DNA of 64,000 nucleotides from Octopus sinensis (lineage: Eukaryota), in the NCBI RefSeq assembly GCF_006345805.1, contig NC_043003.1, positions 5,456,001 to 5,520,000 on the forward strand, in the 5' to 3' direction. Below the pieces are notes generated by a model. That model made no database searches, was not told the origin of the DNA, and was given only the letters and a program-made list of their open reading frames with translations. The first letter of the stretch is position 1. Each line of letters opens with the position of its first letter. The translations under genes and the position numbers were made by a program. Below, piece after piece: positions 26,190-39,799 of the stretch.

Positions 26190-26899
26190 TTATATGAATA
26201 ATATATAGTCTATTGACTAAAATTTTTTGCGCTAGACCACTGCTAATAAAAATTTCTATAATTCTTATTAACCTAATATTATTTATATATATATATATAA
26301 TAATAATATATTATATATTATATAATATGAAATCATTACAGATATAGGTGAAAGATAATTTAATAAAATCAACAAATTTCACCTCGTAGATTTTCAGTAT
26401 GGAAAAGGACCATAATCGGTAAAAACTTATACAAATTTTTTTTTTTTTTTATATATATAATTATAACAATAAGGGTTTAGCAACAAGTTGCTTGACCACA
26501 TACCGAAAATTTTAGAAATAGCAGCCAAAAGACTACTATTTCCTTTTTCTACAAAAATATGTCTCCACAGACAACAATATTTGTAACTCACACATGGCAT
26601 AATTATATAGTGTGTGTGTGTGTGAGAGAGCACAGACAATGGTTTAGATTAAGAACTGGCAGAGTCTAAAAGATATGAGCAAACGCTTTCTAGTAATGTC
26701 TTAACTGTGTTTTAAAATGTGGCAGTCTGAATCCTTGCATCCGCGGTGACGACTGTGACGCGGATGACAGATGTCAACGGAAACGGACGTTCTTTCATAG
26801 AACACTCGGAAACGATCTGCGTTTGCAGAATGATATGCGCGTGTGTATGAATGTGTACGTGCGAGTGTGTTTGTGTTGTGTGGTGTGTTTGTGTGTGTG

Positions 26900-27078
26900 T
26901 GTGTGTGTGTCTACGAGTGTATGAGCGAGTGTGTGTGTGTCTGTGTCTGTGTGTGTGTGTGCGTGTATGTGTTTGTGTGTGTGCGTGTGTCTACGAGTGT
27001 ATGACCGAGTGTGTGTGTGTGTGCGTGTGTGTGTCTGTGTGTCTGTGTGTGCGTTGTGTCTACGAGTGTATGAGCGAG

Positions 27079-27090
<12 letters not shown>
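26900..27090. repeat. (GT)n minisatellite with a repeated core CTACGAGTGTATGA(G/C)CGAG
   Basis: Core at about 26911, 26991 and 27060. Confidence 0.85.
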
Positions 27091-27122
<32 letters not shown>

Positions 27123-27694
27123 GCGCGCACACGTGTCTGTAAACAACAGCGCGACCGTCAAATAAAGATTAAAGCCGTCGGCACCCCCATCTACCTGTTA
27201 TGCTGTCTGTTATATTATTTAATGTCTCTGCGTACGTGTATATGTGTTGTGTTATGTAATATCTGTGTGTGTATGTATGTGTAGCAATTACAGCGTGGAG
27301 AACTATTTTCTCTCATTCAAAACACACAGAAGGTGATATTTTCATTTAATCATTTATTACATGGTGTCAAAATTTTCGTCACACTGTCTGCGACCTGGTC
27401 ACTGACACACTTCTACTGATTAAGTGAAGTTAACAATTTTTTGTGTCTTTCATTGGCTAAAATACTGTAATTGCTTTAGTTTCTACGCTGTAATTGCTTC
27501 ACTTTCAACACAGTCTTAAATCAAATCAATAGCTAGACGCTTACAATTCCGAAATGTACATAAACGCACATATACACACAAACATACAAAATAAAATTTG
27601 AACAAGAGAACGGTTTATAAGATATTCAGTTACATCATCTTACGTACATTTCATTAACATAAGGTCATAAGATATAAAATATGAATTTTATATC

Positions 27695-27845
27695 CAGGCG
27701 TGGCTGAGTGGTAAGAAGCTTGCTTCCCAACCATATGGTTCCGGGTTCGGTGCCACACAGTGGCAGCTTCGGCTAGTGTCTTTGGGCCGGCCAAGGCTTT
27801 GTGAGTGGATTTGATACGCGGAAACTGAAATAAGCCCGGCGTATA
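27695..27845 (+). mobile_element. tRNA-derived SINE head (family of 14310)
   Basis: GGCGTGGCTGAGTGGTAAGAAGC...GGGTTCGGTGCC...GGAAACTGAAATAAGCC. Confidence 0.7.
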
Positions 27846-27859
27846 TATATATATGTGGT

Positions 27860-28380
27860 TACCACTATTGAAAAGACTGCCTCCACGCGCTGCTACTACA
27901 CTTTCGTCCTTGCCAGCAAAAAGGCTTCTTCGTTCGTCCCCTTGTGTGGTTAATTCCTGTATAGTATTCTTGTTATTTTCTCGTTTTGTTAACTAATTGT
28001 ACTTTTTGTACATGTATTTTTATTTTTGCAGTTTTATTGTTGTCTATGCCAGAAAAAAGGCTTTTTCGTTCGTCCTCTTGTGTTGTTTTTGTACATGTAT
28101 TTTAATTTTGCAGTCTTATTGTACGTCTTTTTTTTTGTGTCGTACTCATTGTGCCCCGCTGCTTGAAATTTTATTTAATCTTCGCAGGAAGGCCTCTTGG
28201 ATTAGTGTTCTGTATGCCTTCGAAACATGCCTGACTCCTCTAGCGACAGCTGATGACGGGGGTTTGTCCTTGGTAACCTGTCCTGTATTTGGTTTTCGTT
28301 TTCCGTTTTCTGTTTTTTGTTTTTTGGCTTTTTCTGTTTCTACGTCTTATTGTGATGTCCTGTACTTCCGTATAATTATT
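27860..28380 (+). repeat. Penelope-like/unknown repeat with an internal duplication
   Basis: GCCAG.AAAAAGGCT..TTCGTTCGTCC at about 27912 and 28047; CCTTCGAAAC...CAGCTGATGACGGG block also present reversed at 52720-52870. Confidence 0.4.
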
Positions 28381-28696
28381 TATATATGCATGTATATATA
28401 CATGTAGATGTAGGTACGTACATATATGTTTGTATGTATGCATATATTTTATTTATCTCCTTATATAAATATATATTATATATACATACATACATACATA
28501 CTACATACATACATACATACACATATATATATATAATATATATTATATATATATAATATATATATATGTGTGTATGTATGTGTGTGTACGTATGTTTGTG
28601 TGCGAGTGTGTGTATGTATGTGCTTGCATGTGTGCGAGCGTGTGTGTGTGTGTGTATATGTGTGTGTATATATATGTGTGTGTGTGTATATATATA

Positions 28697-28860
28697 GGGA
28701 GAGTTTACGAAAAAACTAAAAGACGAAGACAGGTGGCGTACAAAACAAACAGATGTATTAGTATAACGTTCAGGAATAGAAAAAGTCTTTTACGTTTCGA
28801 ACCTACGCTCTTCTACAGAAAGGGACACAGAAAAAAACAAGGAGAGAAAAAAATGTGTGT
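28697..28860 (-). mobile_element. Penelope-like repeat
   Basis: Same family as 19020 and 13545; adjacent to (TA)n. Confidence 0.55.
28787..28822 (-). ncRNA. Minimal type-I hammerhead-like motif with a non-canonical core
   Basis: CTTT-CTGTAGA-A-GAGC-GTAG-GTTC-GAAA-CGTA-AAAG: stem I CTTT/AAAG, stem II, palindromic ACGT stem III, GUA triplet; core CUGUAGA instead of CUGANGA. Confidence 0.4.
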
Positions 28861-29014
28861 AGTGGCTAACGATCTACCATGGCGACTGGTGCCGGACAGA
28901 AGGGTCAAACACGAGGAGGAAAGTAGGGGAGATGGAGGCTCTGGATGTCCATTGTATGCATGTGTATGTATGTATGCATGTATGTATGTATATATGTATG
29001 TATGCATGCATGTA

Positions 29015-29640
29015 TGTATGTCGGGCTGTAAATATCATATCAGTAATGCCTTGACTTGGCCGAAAGCCACATTCTGATAGAGGAAAGATGTCTGGTGCGA
29101 CCAGGTTCCACAAATAATGGAGAAGAAACTTTGCAATGATTTTGCTATCGACTGATGACAGAGACATCCCATGTCAAAGATGTCTTTCAGTCCCTTTCTT
29201 TCACAAAGGGACGAGAATGACATCTTTCCACTCTTGTGGTGTTTCACCTTTCGTCCATTCCGCGTGAAACATGATAGATAACACCCACCCCAATTGTCTC
29301 GTTACCACCTTTCTGAACCCGTTCAACAACACCGCCATGATTTCCGGGGTTCTTCCGGTGTTCATCAATTTTACAGCTACCATCATTTTATCGTTAGTGG
29401 TTGGATCATGAAGCTGATGAGTCAGTGGATCTCGTACAAGTCTTTCGATAATAGCATCTGGATATGTTACAGCCCCACGGTTCAAAACATCGCTAAACAC
29501 CGTCACCACCCGGCTTTCTTTCCGTCTCGCTCCGACAGCAACGCATTGCCACGCATTGCATGCATCTTGTGCTAGAGAGGTTTTGAATCTGATTTGCAGC
29601 AGACGTCTGAAACTAGCAACTTTGTACCAATGTCCTTGCC
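29015..29640 (-). mobile_element. RTE (BovB-like) LINE fragment, start of the RT domain
   Basis: FSDVLNR...EWKDVILVPL and SLSSVDSKIIAKFLL...PLSECGFRPSQGITDMIFTAR match RTE RT subdomains 0-2. Confidence 0.88.
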
Positions 29641-29689
29641 GAGGCTTTTAAAACTGTATTTCGCCAAATTAGATAATCTAACATGTTTC

Positions 29690-30240
29690 CTCCAAAATTG
29701 GCCCTGGCCATGTTTAACTTAACAGCACCACCTAATTGCATCTGTTAAGTACTTTTTAATTCAAGTTTTTATGGTATCACGGCCCGTTCCAACTAGGAAT
29801 TTCTGTTGACTAAGACGTATCTGGGTATGGGTGGATTATCGGGTATCCCTTGAAGAAGTTTCTCCAGGTGTTAATTAAAGGTGATGGGAAATTTAACTTT
29901 TTTGATTTGTTCAGGGAAACTTTAAATAAGGAACAGGGTTTGTTGAGGAATAATAATTATGCTGCAAAGAGTTGTGAGCCTATATACAAAATAGTTATGA
30001 ATGCATGTATATATACATGTATGCATGTGTAAATACATACGTAAGTAACCTTGCATCAATTCCGATATTTTATGCAGTCCTCGAATCCCTTCGATATGCT
30101 TTCCGTGGCTTTGATTATAACTTGGATCACTAAAACCTTCATTCCCAAAATTTTCCACTCCCCGATGAGGTACCTCATGCTTCTCAATCTTTTTAGGCTT
30201 CTTGTTATTCACGCTACTTTATCCTGAGATAGAGGTACAC
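29690..30240 (-). mobile_element. Old CR1-type LINE 3' end, interrupted by a microsatellite
   Basis: ...KKLRSMRYLIGEWKILG motif; conserved 3'UTR GGTGGTGCTGTTAAGTTAAACATGGCC shared with the younger copies. Confidence 0.6.
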
Positions 30241-30299
30241 ATGATTTGATTATAGAAATAATAATAATAATATTAATTTATTATTATTATTATTATTAT

Positions 30300-30533
30300 C
30301 TATTTCATTATTGCCCACAAGGGGGCTAAACATAGAGAGGGCAAACAAGGACAGATGAACGGATTAAGTCGATTACATCGACCCCAGTGCGTAACTGGTA
30401 CTTAATTTATCGACCCCGAAAGGATGAAAGGCAAAGTCGACCTCGGCGGAATTTGAACTCAGAACGTATCGGTAGACGAAATACGGCTACGCGTTTCGCC
30501 CGGCGTGCTAACGTTTCTGCCAGCCCACCGCCT
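30300..30533 (-). mobile_element. Meta-like SINE, tail A, inside an (ATT)n tract
   Basis: Full-length match to 56552-56788. Confidence 0.92.
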
Positions 30534-30602
30534 TATTATTATTATCATCATCATCATCATTATTCTTATTCTTCTTATTATTATTGTTGTTATTATGATT
30601 AC

Positions 30603-31053
30603 TGAGTGAGAGAGGAGTGCATGCCATCAAAGTGACACTAGGGTCAAATATACGAAGCCCATTACACCCATCATGACTACCCGTCTGATAACGGAACACC
30701 AGGCACATGCATCACAACATATTCGCAAAATGATGATCACTTATAAAGATAAACAGCGCATGACCTTGCTGGTGGGGCCCAGTTAGAATTTTCTTCTGGT
30801 CAAGTAACCCATCCCGCTCAAAAGGTCCCTGAATAAGGGCTATTTAATCGTGTTAAGCGAAACAAGCACGTTTCCAGAGATGACTTATTCAAACACCACA
30901 GAATTCCTCTCAACAAATGGCTATAGTGCTCCCCTGCTACATCTATTCGTGATCGGAGATGCACCAGTTTCCAGCCACTAAGAGACATTCTCAACTGGTT
31001 ATGGTGAAACAAGTGACAAACAAATCTGTGACATGGAGCAGAATATTTGCTGC
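30603..31053 (-). mobile_element. (TAA)n-tailed interspersed repeat
   Basis: Homologous to 17521 and 25309. Confidence 0.8.
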
Positions 31054-31550
31054 AGGATAACACTTTCAATCACTTAAGATAAGAAGCCATGAGAGTCAGT
31101 GCAATTCCAAGCGATGGCTCTCATGGCTGGCTTTTGTAGGTGTTCTACCTTCACACAGGCATCGATCTTTTTCAGCCATATTGCTATTAGTATTGTGTTG
31201 CCTTCCATATACGATGCAATGTAAAGAATGGCTTACAATGCGTCTACCTCGATTTAATTGTATATGTGTGTGTGCGGTGTGTGTGTGTATGAGTGTGTGT
31301 GCACATAAATATATATACATATATATATAGTAGATGTAACAGAAAAGGGTGATTTCGGTTGTCCCCACGTGGTGGATTGTAATGTATATAAGACTCGTGA
31401 ATTTCATTTCAAACAACATGGACCCAATTTCTTCTTAAGAAAAAATATATTTTCATATAAACTAAACAGTGTATCATGACTAGCGATTGCGAAAACGGTC
31501 GATACATTAAAAATTATACTATAACCATGTAAGTGTGCGTATTTTCCGTT

Positions 31551-31592
<42 letters not shown>

Positions 31593-31609
31593 TTATGTGC
31601 ACACACACT

Positions 31610-31648
<39 letters not shown>

Positions 31649-31724
31649 GTATATATGTACGTGCACGTACATACACACACACGCATATATAATAATGTAA
31701 ATAATATATATATTCATATATGGG

Positions 31725-32004
31725 TACCGGACGTCGCTAATAGTAAACAACATGAAATACGAAAACAAATTAGTTAAATAATGAGAGAGAAAAAAAGGAC
31801 TAGTAATACAAAAAATTACTCTTCATCAGTTTTCGTCTGTCTATCTACTCTCAATTTCGAGCAATCACTGGAGAGTAACTAGACAGCCGACAACAGATGA
31901 AGCGTCGTTCTTTGCATTGCTTGTCCATTTTCTATCTCGTTATTTGCGTATTTAACTCATTTGTTTTTGTATTTCATGTTGTTTACTGTTGGTGACGTCC
32001 TGTA
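31725..32004. repeat. Fold-back element with arms of about 120 bp (probably Penelope-derived)
   Basis: GGACGTCGCTAATAGTAAACAACATGAAATAC.AAAACAAAT.AGTTAAATA is mirrored on the right; CTGATGA and GAAA motifs on the minus strand. Confidence 0.75.
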
Positions 32005-32118
32005 GCCATATATGCACATATATATATATGTATGTATGGGTGTATATCTATATCTATATATATATATTATCTCATACATATATATATATATATAATATAT
32101 ATATATATATATTGCGTG

Positions 32119-32433
32119 AAGGCGCATGGCTCAGTGGTTAAAGCGTCGAGCTTACGATCGTGAGGTTGTGAGCTCGAATCCCGGACCGGGCTGTGTGTTG
32201 TGTTCTTGAGCAAGAAACTTTATTTCACGTTGCTCCAGTTCACTCAGCTGTAGAAATGAGTGCGATGTCATGGTGCCAAGCTGTATCGACCTTGCCTTCC
32301 CTTGGATAACACTGGTGGCGTGGAGAGGGAGGCTGGTATGCATGGGCGACTGCTGGTCTTCCATAACAACCTAGGAGGGGTACCTTTAGGTGCAATCCCA
32401 TGGTCATTCATGACCGAAGGGGGTCTTTACCTT
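32119..32433 (+). mobile_element. CORE-type tRNA SINE (tail d)
   Basis: GGCGCATGGCTCAGTGGTTAAAGCG...GAGCTCGAATCCC head; CORE-like GTTGTGTTCTTGAGCAAG; TTTACCTT end. Confidence 0.85.
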
Positions 32434-32744
32434 TATATATGCACAATCATACATATAGTAATATATATATATATATACAGTCATACATATAGTAATACAT
32501 ACATGTGTAGGAATTACAATCGAAGAGAAATTAGTGTCGTCGCTTAGTTTCGTTCATTTCTTGTGTCAGGTTCTCGGGTGAACATTACTGTATATTTACG
32601 TATATACACACAGATAGGTGGGAATGCGCGCGTGCGTGTGTGTGTATTCTTCCATTTATGTACAGGTATATCGAATGGATATACAAGTGTATGTGTGTGT
32701 GTTTATTATATCATATATGTATTCATGCATGTAAATATATTTAA

Positions 32745-32814
<70 letters not shown>

Positions 32815-33111
32815 ACCAGACCGACCAGGTTATCAGATGTTTCTACACATCACTGGTCACAATGCTCTTCGTATTGTTTTAGCCTTCAAGTGACGTCAAC
32901 CCGCTGGCTAAGTTAGCAGGTCAACAGAAGAAAAGAGTGAGAGAAAGTTGCGCTGAAGGAGTACAACGGGTTGCCATCACCCCCTGCCGGAGACTCGTGG
33001 AGCTTTAGGTGTTTTCGCTCCATAAACACTCACAAGGCCCGGCCTGGGAATCGAAACCGCGATCCTACGACCGCGAGTCCGCTGCCCTAACCACTGGCCA
33101 TTGCGCCTCCA
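32815..33111 (-). mobile_element. tRNA-derived SINE (head family 2, tail e)
   Basis: Head and body as at 1954; different 3' tail. Confidence 0.8.
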
Positions 33112-33132
33112 CATATATGTATGTATATATAC

Positions 33133-33173
<41 letters not shown>

Positions 33174-34231
33174 GCTATATGTTCGTATGTATGTATGGAA
33201 AGAAGTATCGTAGCGTAGGTATGCAAACGAATGATGCACATATCCACGCTTTAAGAGGATATTCGGATGATTCGTTAACACACATGTTTTGTTTAAATAC
33301 ACTTGTAAACACACAGCAAGTACACTGGAAAAGGATATACGATGTATGTGTATATATATATATATACGCGTGCATATATATATATGTATACTGATACAGG
33401 TATGTGTATATGTATGTATGTATTTCTATACATTTATATGCAAACAAATATACATATGTATGAGTGTGTGTACTCACATACAATATATATATATATATAT
33501 ATATATACACGAACACACTCGCTGAGGCTCACGTTCACACATCAACACATATAGGTGTGTGTGTCTATGTGTGTGTGTGTGTGTGTACAAACAGCTAGGA
33601 AATGACGGGAGGAAGGAGAACAGAGAATTGTTGGTGTATTTCTTTCCTGCTGAATCCTACGAAACCAAACCGCCATTATCATAATCATATTGCCGCGGAG
33701 TATTTAGCAACGAAATGTTGATCAAAATGACTGCAATAATTTGATAGCACAGCGAGCTTATTGCCCTGTATGATATCCCTAAACAGCATTTGTACTAAAA
33801 GCCCGGGTCGTGATTCGATCAACTGCATAAAATTAATGAGATCTGCCATGGAATCAATGCGCTACGGAACATTTTATCGTTAAAATTTGATAGAGAATCT
33901 CATTTGTATTTGAGCGTCTTCATCAAAACACTAATTAAATCAAAGTCACTCCTAAACCTGTCTCTTACTTGCCAACCTCTCAGCTAACCTGCATGTCCTA
34001 TCATTACACTGACATGTATATACATACATATATATATATATACATACATATATACATACACATATATATACATACATATATACATACATATATATACATG
34101 CATATATACATACATATATATATGTGAGTGTGTGTGTGTACGTATGTATATAAACATATATATGTATATATCTATATATATATATCTGTCTATCAATATA
34201 TATATATTATATATATATATATATATATAGC

Positions 34232-34262
<31 letters not shown>

Positions 34263-35671
34263 GTCTATATCTGTGTATTTGTAAGTGCAGGCTTGAATCG
34301 TTGCTGAGTATATATTTATGTTTGTATATTTATTTTTGTATACAAAAACACACATAATCTATAGTATGTATGTATGTATGTATGTGTATGTATGTATGTA
34401 TGTATGTATGTATGTATGTATGTATGTATGTATTGTATGTGGTGTGTGTATGTATGTATGTATGTATGTATGTAGGTATGTAGTGTGTGGTGTGTGTGTG
34501 TGTATGTATGTATATCGATTGACCGATCTATCGATCTATTGTAATCCCAGTAACCTGTACGTCTTAGAACCTGAGTTAAACTCCAGCAATATGAGTCCCA
34601 GGGCTCATGAAAAACCTAAACCTAAGATCAGTGTAAAATATCTATAACAATAGCGCTGCAAATGTTGGCTGGCTGGCTGGTTGGTTTGCTGGTTGGTTGG
34701 TGGTTAGTTGCTTGGCTGGTTGTTTAGTCTGAAGTTATATTTAACAGAACATAGAGAGCGTGGCGAGTGAGACGGAGGTGTATGTATATCTTTGTGGTCT
34801 TTGTGGGCATACGATACTTAATGATAAGCTTGAAGTAAAGGAACGCTATGCGGGCGTGCGCGCACATACACACACAATGGGAGAGAAAGAATGATAGACA
34901 GAGAAGTTAAATTAGAAGATATGGATGTAAAAATGCGTTTTATTTCGTCATAATTTAAGATTAAATACAGAAAGAAAAAAAACATGGTACTCATTCCATG
35001 ATTTTTGTATAGACACCAAGAAATCTGATAAAAATTTAATTATAGTTAATATTACTCAAGGATACTTCATGTGATGACTAAAAGTCTGGTGGTGAAAAAA
35101 GATTCAAAGGTGATCACTAGCAATAAATAATAAATCATTCAAATACCCCAATTAATTAAATTTCAAGATAAATAATTACATGAAAGGTAGAGCGAACTTG
35201 AAGGGCCTATAACTATGGAGATGTTTCAGTATAATTAAACGTCTTCAGTAAATCGTTAATACAGGGATGAGAAAGGAAGAAGAAACGGTGATAACTCTAT
35301 ACATGTTTCAGTATTTCTTGATCTCGTCAGCCGAGCATAACTCATATGTAAATGGTTTAATCATTAAGCATTAGAAATGAAAATGGCAAATATGAAATAA
35401 TGTCTGTCCGCGTTAGCAAAATCATGTTTTCCTTGTGAACTGGCTGTTGTTCGTACTCAGTTAATCTCATACCATAAATAAATTAATCTGTTGGAATGAA
35501 GCATAGAAATGTACTTCGTTATATTCTGGTTTTGTGTCTAAGAGTGTTTGTGTGTATGATTAGAACCATGTTCTCATATGTGTGTGTGTGTGTGTGTATG
35601 TGTGTGCGTGTATATATATATATACATGTATTATATATATATATAAATATATACATGTATATATATATATC

Positions 35672-36431
35672 CTTGATACTTTGATACTTTGATAGGTTTC
35701 GGCCATTATTGGCCCAGGCCATGTCTAACTTAATAGCACCACCTGGTGAAGTCTTGCAAGTCAAGAATTTGGGCACTGGCCCACTCAAGTAGAGAGTTAT
35801 TGTTTACAGAGAGACATATCCGGGTTGTAGGGGGTTTATCCGGGATTTCTTGAAGGAATCTGTCCAAAGACTTTCTGAACCCTATAGGGTCAGTTTCTGT
35901 TTTAATGTGTTTTTGGTGTAATGTTAAAGAGAGCGGGGCCAATGAGGTGAAATATTGTGCCGTATTGTTGTTATGAGATGAGATGCGATTTTTGTTTTGG
36001 GCGGATGGCACGGGGCCCAAGCCTTGGATGTACCTTAAGGTGATGCCAACATCATGTGGGCAATGCTGATGGAATATTTTCCACATCATGCAGATGATGT
36101 AGCGCTCACGACGACGTTGGAGAGAATAGAGTTTTAGCTTTTCTAGTCGACCCCAATAGTCGAGGCCTGTCATGCCATCTATCTTTTTTGTGATTGCCCT
36201 TTGAGGTGCTTCAACTTTTATGATACCTTGTTTGTGTGGGGAGAACCACAGTGGACAACAGTATTCAAGGTGGGGTCGGGCAAAAGTGAGAAGAGAAGGA
36301 TAATGGTGTGGATATCTCTCGACTGGAAAGTTCTGAGAAATCCAGGAACACCTTCTGCGGGCCTATGTCAACTTTGTGTTTATATGAGTGCCCCAGCTTA
36401 CGTTGTTGTCCACAATTACTCCCAAGTCTCT
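35672..36431 (-). mobile_element. Young CR1-type LINE, 5'-truncated
   Basis: DYWGRLEKLKLYSLQRRRERYIIC...FRKSLDRFLQEIPDKP; (TATCAAAG)n tail; (TA)n on both sides. Confidence 0.92.
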
Positions 36432-36614
36432 GAGTGTTTTATATATACCTGTATATAAATATATATACATGTATGTATATATATATACATATATACATTT
36501 ATATATAATATGTATATATATGATATATACATATATATACATGTATATATATATATATACATGTATATATATATATATACATGTATATATATATATACAT
36601 ATATATTATACATG

Positions 36615-36645
<31 letters not shown>

Positions 36646-36734
36646 GTATATATATATATACAGTATATATATATATACCTGTATATATATATATACATGT
36701 ATATTATATATACATGTATATATATATATGTATA

Positions 36735-36775
<41 letters not shown>

Positions 36776-38138
36776 ATCTATATATAAATGTATATATATA
36801 TATCTACATGTATTATATATCTATACATGTTATATATATATATTAGATAATATATATATATATATACATGTATATATATATATAGTATATATATATATAC
36901 ATGTATATATATATATACAATGTATATATCTATGTATATAATATCCATGTATATATATATAATGTATTATATATATACATGTAATAATATATATACCTGT
37001 CTATATATATGTATATCTATATATATATCATATCTATATATAATATCCATATACATATACATACATATATATCCATATACTACTATATATACATATACAT
37101 AACATAACATAATATATATACATATAATATATATATATACATATATATAAACATACATATAATATACATATACATATATACATTATATATATACACATAC
37201 CTATAATAGTATATATATATATATACGTTCATATATATATTTATACATAAGTACATAGTACATACATATACACACATGTATAAGACATTATACATACATA
37301 TATATATATATCTATATATATATAATATATATTATTATATATATTATATATCTGTCTGTACACGTTACATAGATATGTGTGCATAAAATATAGAGTACAT
37401 TTATAAAGGATATATATTAATGTGTGTGTGTTTAGTGTGTGCATATTATATATGTTTGTTGGTAAGCACGTACGTAGTGAAATAGTTAGATAGACTTACA
37501 GATTGATTGATATCGATAAAAGCCTACCCTATATATTTACAATCAGTTCCTTTCTATATCCTTACTAATACGATATAGACAACGACCCAGCCTTACTCTC
37601 CAATATTCCCCTATCTTACACCGTTCCAAGTACATACCTGAGCTCAATCAACACTACACAGTGTTATCTTAACTAAGAGATCATTTCCTAGCACAGGAAA
37701 TTAATTAAGGCCAGCAATGTATTGCTATAATAACATGATAATGCCATTTGAACTCTTAAAGTGAGGATTCACCCCCTCTTGTTAATTAATTCTCTCTCTG
37801 TTCAATGATGTCACATATATACAGATTTATGTATTGCACAATATCTTCATTCCTGGTCACTTAAAGTTTCTTCTCCGCCATTACACACGACTCACTCTAT
37901 CACACAAATAGACAAACACACACAAACACCTCCTCCTCCCCTCCACACACAGACACACACATCTAACGATAGATACGGATACCTAACCGTTCTATATTTA
38001 TCTGTTCATATAGGCATACATACAAACGAAAATCCATCCATCCATACAAATACGAAATAATACATTTATCAAGCGACTCCATTACCTTCTATCTCTTTCT
38101 CTCTTTCCCCCACTCTCGCTACACACCAAACCACCCAT

Positions 38139-38197
<59 letters not shown>

Positions 38198-39351
38198 ATA
38201 TATATATTCACACTCACATACATGTATATATGCATATGTGCATACATAGAGCATGCGTACTTACATACATAACTGTAGCAGCATCGGATTGGCGAAACTT
38301 GAAGAACCAGTCAAATTGGTCTTCACAAATATTTTTACTTCATTCTCACAATCAACCTACCACCCAAAAGTTCCGTTATTCTTCAACTCACTTTAAAATA
38401 TTAAATATTCTTTTAACACATACACACGCACACACTTACATAAACACACACGCACGCACACGCTTACATACGCATACACACACTCGTGGATGTATTACTT
38501 TGGAGACAGATTAAGAGAGAGCATGAGAAAGAGAGGGGAAGGATGAATATGTCTTACATTGAGACAAACATGTAACCTGTGATTTCAAAGTGTTTCTCTG
38601 ATTTTAGATCAAAAATTGTCATTGGCGCCTTAACATAAAAAATATTAAAAACCTTAGAAAAGAACCGGGCGATTCTCGGATTTATGCCAATCAGAAACGA
38701 AAAAATTAATTTAAAAAGTCAGAGACACATCCTAAACTCAAGGTTTTATTGCAGAAGTTTCTTGGAATCCGTCTGGCACACCTTCAATCAGCTAAACTAT
38801 TTTGTGATATATTATTCTGGACAGAAGTACCATTTACCATATCTACTAAAGACCGTTGAAAAGGTTACGATTCAGTAAAGATTTAAACGAAATTGAGGTC
38901 GTGGACATTTCATGATTCATGGCCGATGTGTTGAGGATCTAAAACTAATGTTCATCGCCGTCACTCGTGAGTGCCTTAATTATAATCTCTACTAATTTAC
39001 AAATGAAGCTGCCCTGATTCCTTCTACCAGCTCTATACCATTCATGGCAGTGTCAAGTTTGAATGTTGGCCTTTAGTCGACAGCAACGGGAACAGTACAC
39101 CATTCTGGAATTTTCGATCACTATGATCCGACTCCTTTCTTCTTGTGTTTTGTGTTGACATTAAAATCTAAATATTTCCTTTTCTGCTTCTTGCATTTCT
39201 GTTTCTCAAAATGGAAACTAACTCAGAACTGTACATTCGTTGTTCAGTACAAGTATTGGAGATGTGCTTCTTCACCCACCCCAGCCGTTTTTGTCGCATC
39301 TTCATTTCGCTTATCGCTCCGATGCTTTTCATCAAATGAAAACAAACTCAC

Positions 39352-39444
39352 CAGATAAGTTGCAGTCATTTCTGTAATATTTCGCGGAAACTCTATGTCC
39401 TCGGAGTAAAACGGTATGGAATACAATACAGTGGACTGACCATT
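39352..39444 (-). CDS. Candidate internal exon: NGQSTVLYSIPFYSEDIEFPRNITEMTATYL
   Basis: Acceptor ...catttcag and consensus donor CTG|gtgagt; 93 nt; phase 0-0 frame open with an NIT sequon. The phase 1-1 frame is also open, so the frame is not certain. Confidence 0.5.
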
Positions 39445-39799
39445 CTGAAATGTTCTTTTTGAAGTGTGATAATGTAATTGTGCAAAAGAAAGATGGCACA
39501 AATAATCACATCAAAGCCTGGCATGGATATTTCCTTTCCATTGTTTGATCCCATTCTGTGAAGGGACACACAATACGTACCCATTAACATTGTGCTTCGT
39601 GTTAACGCACAGTTAGCTTTCCTATACAGTGACGAACGCTTTATGCTAAAGAACACTAAAAGTGCTTTTCACCGTAAAAGAAAAAATTCCACGACGCAGA
39701 AACCGAAAAAAGAAATTCGCATAATCTTTGTCGTAAATCCACTTTGCATCTTTGTGAACGTCTTTTCTTAAAGCATACATATTATATAAATATATCTAA

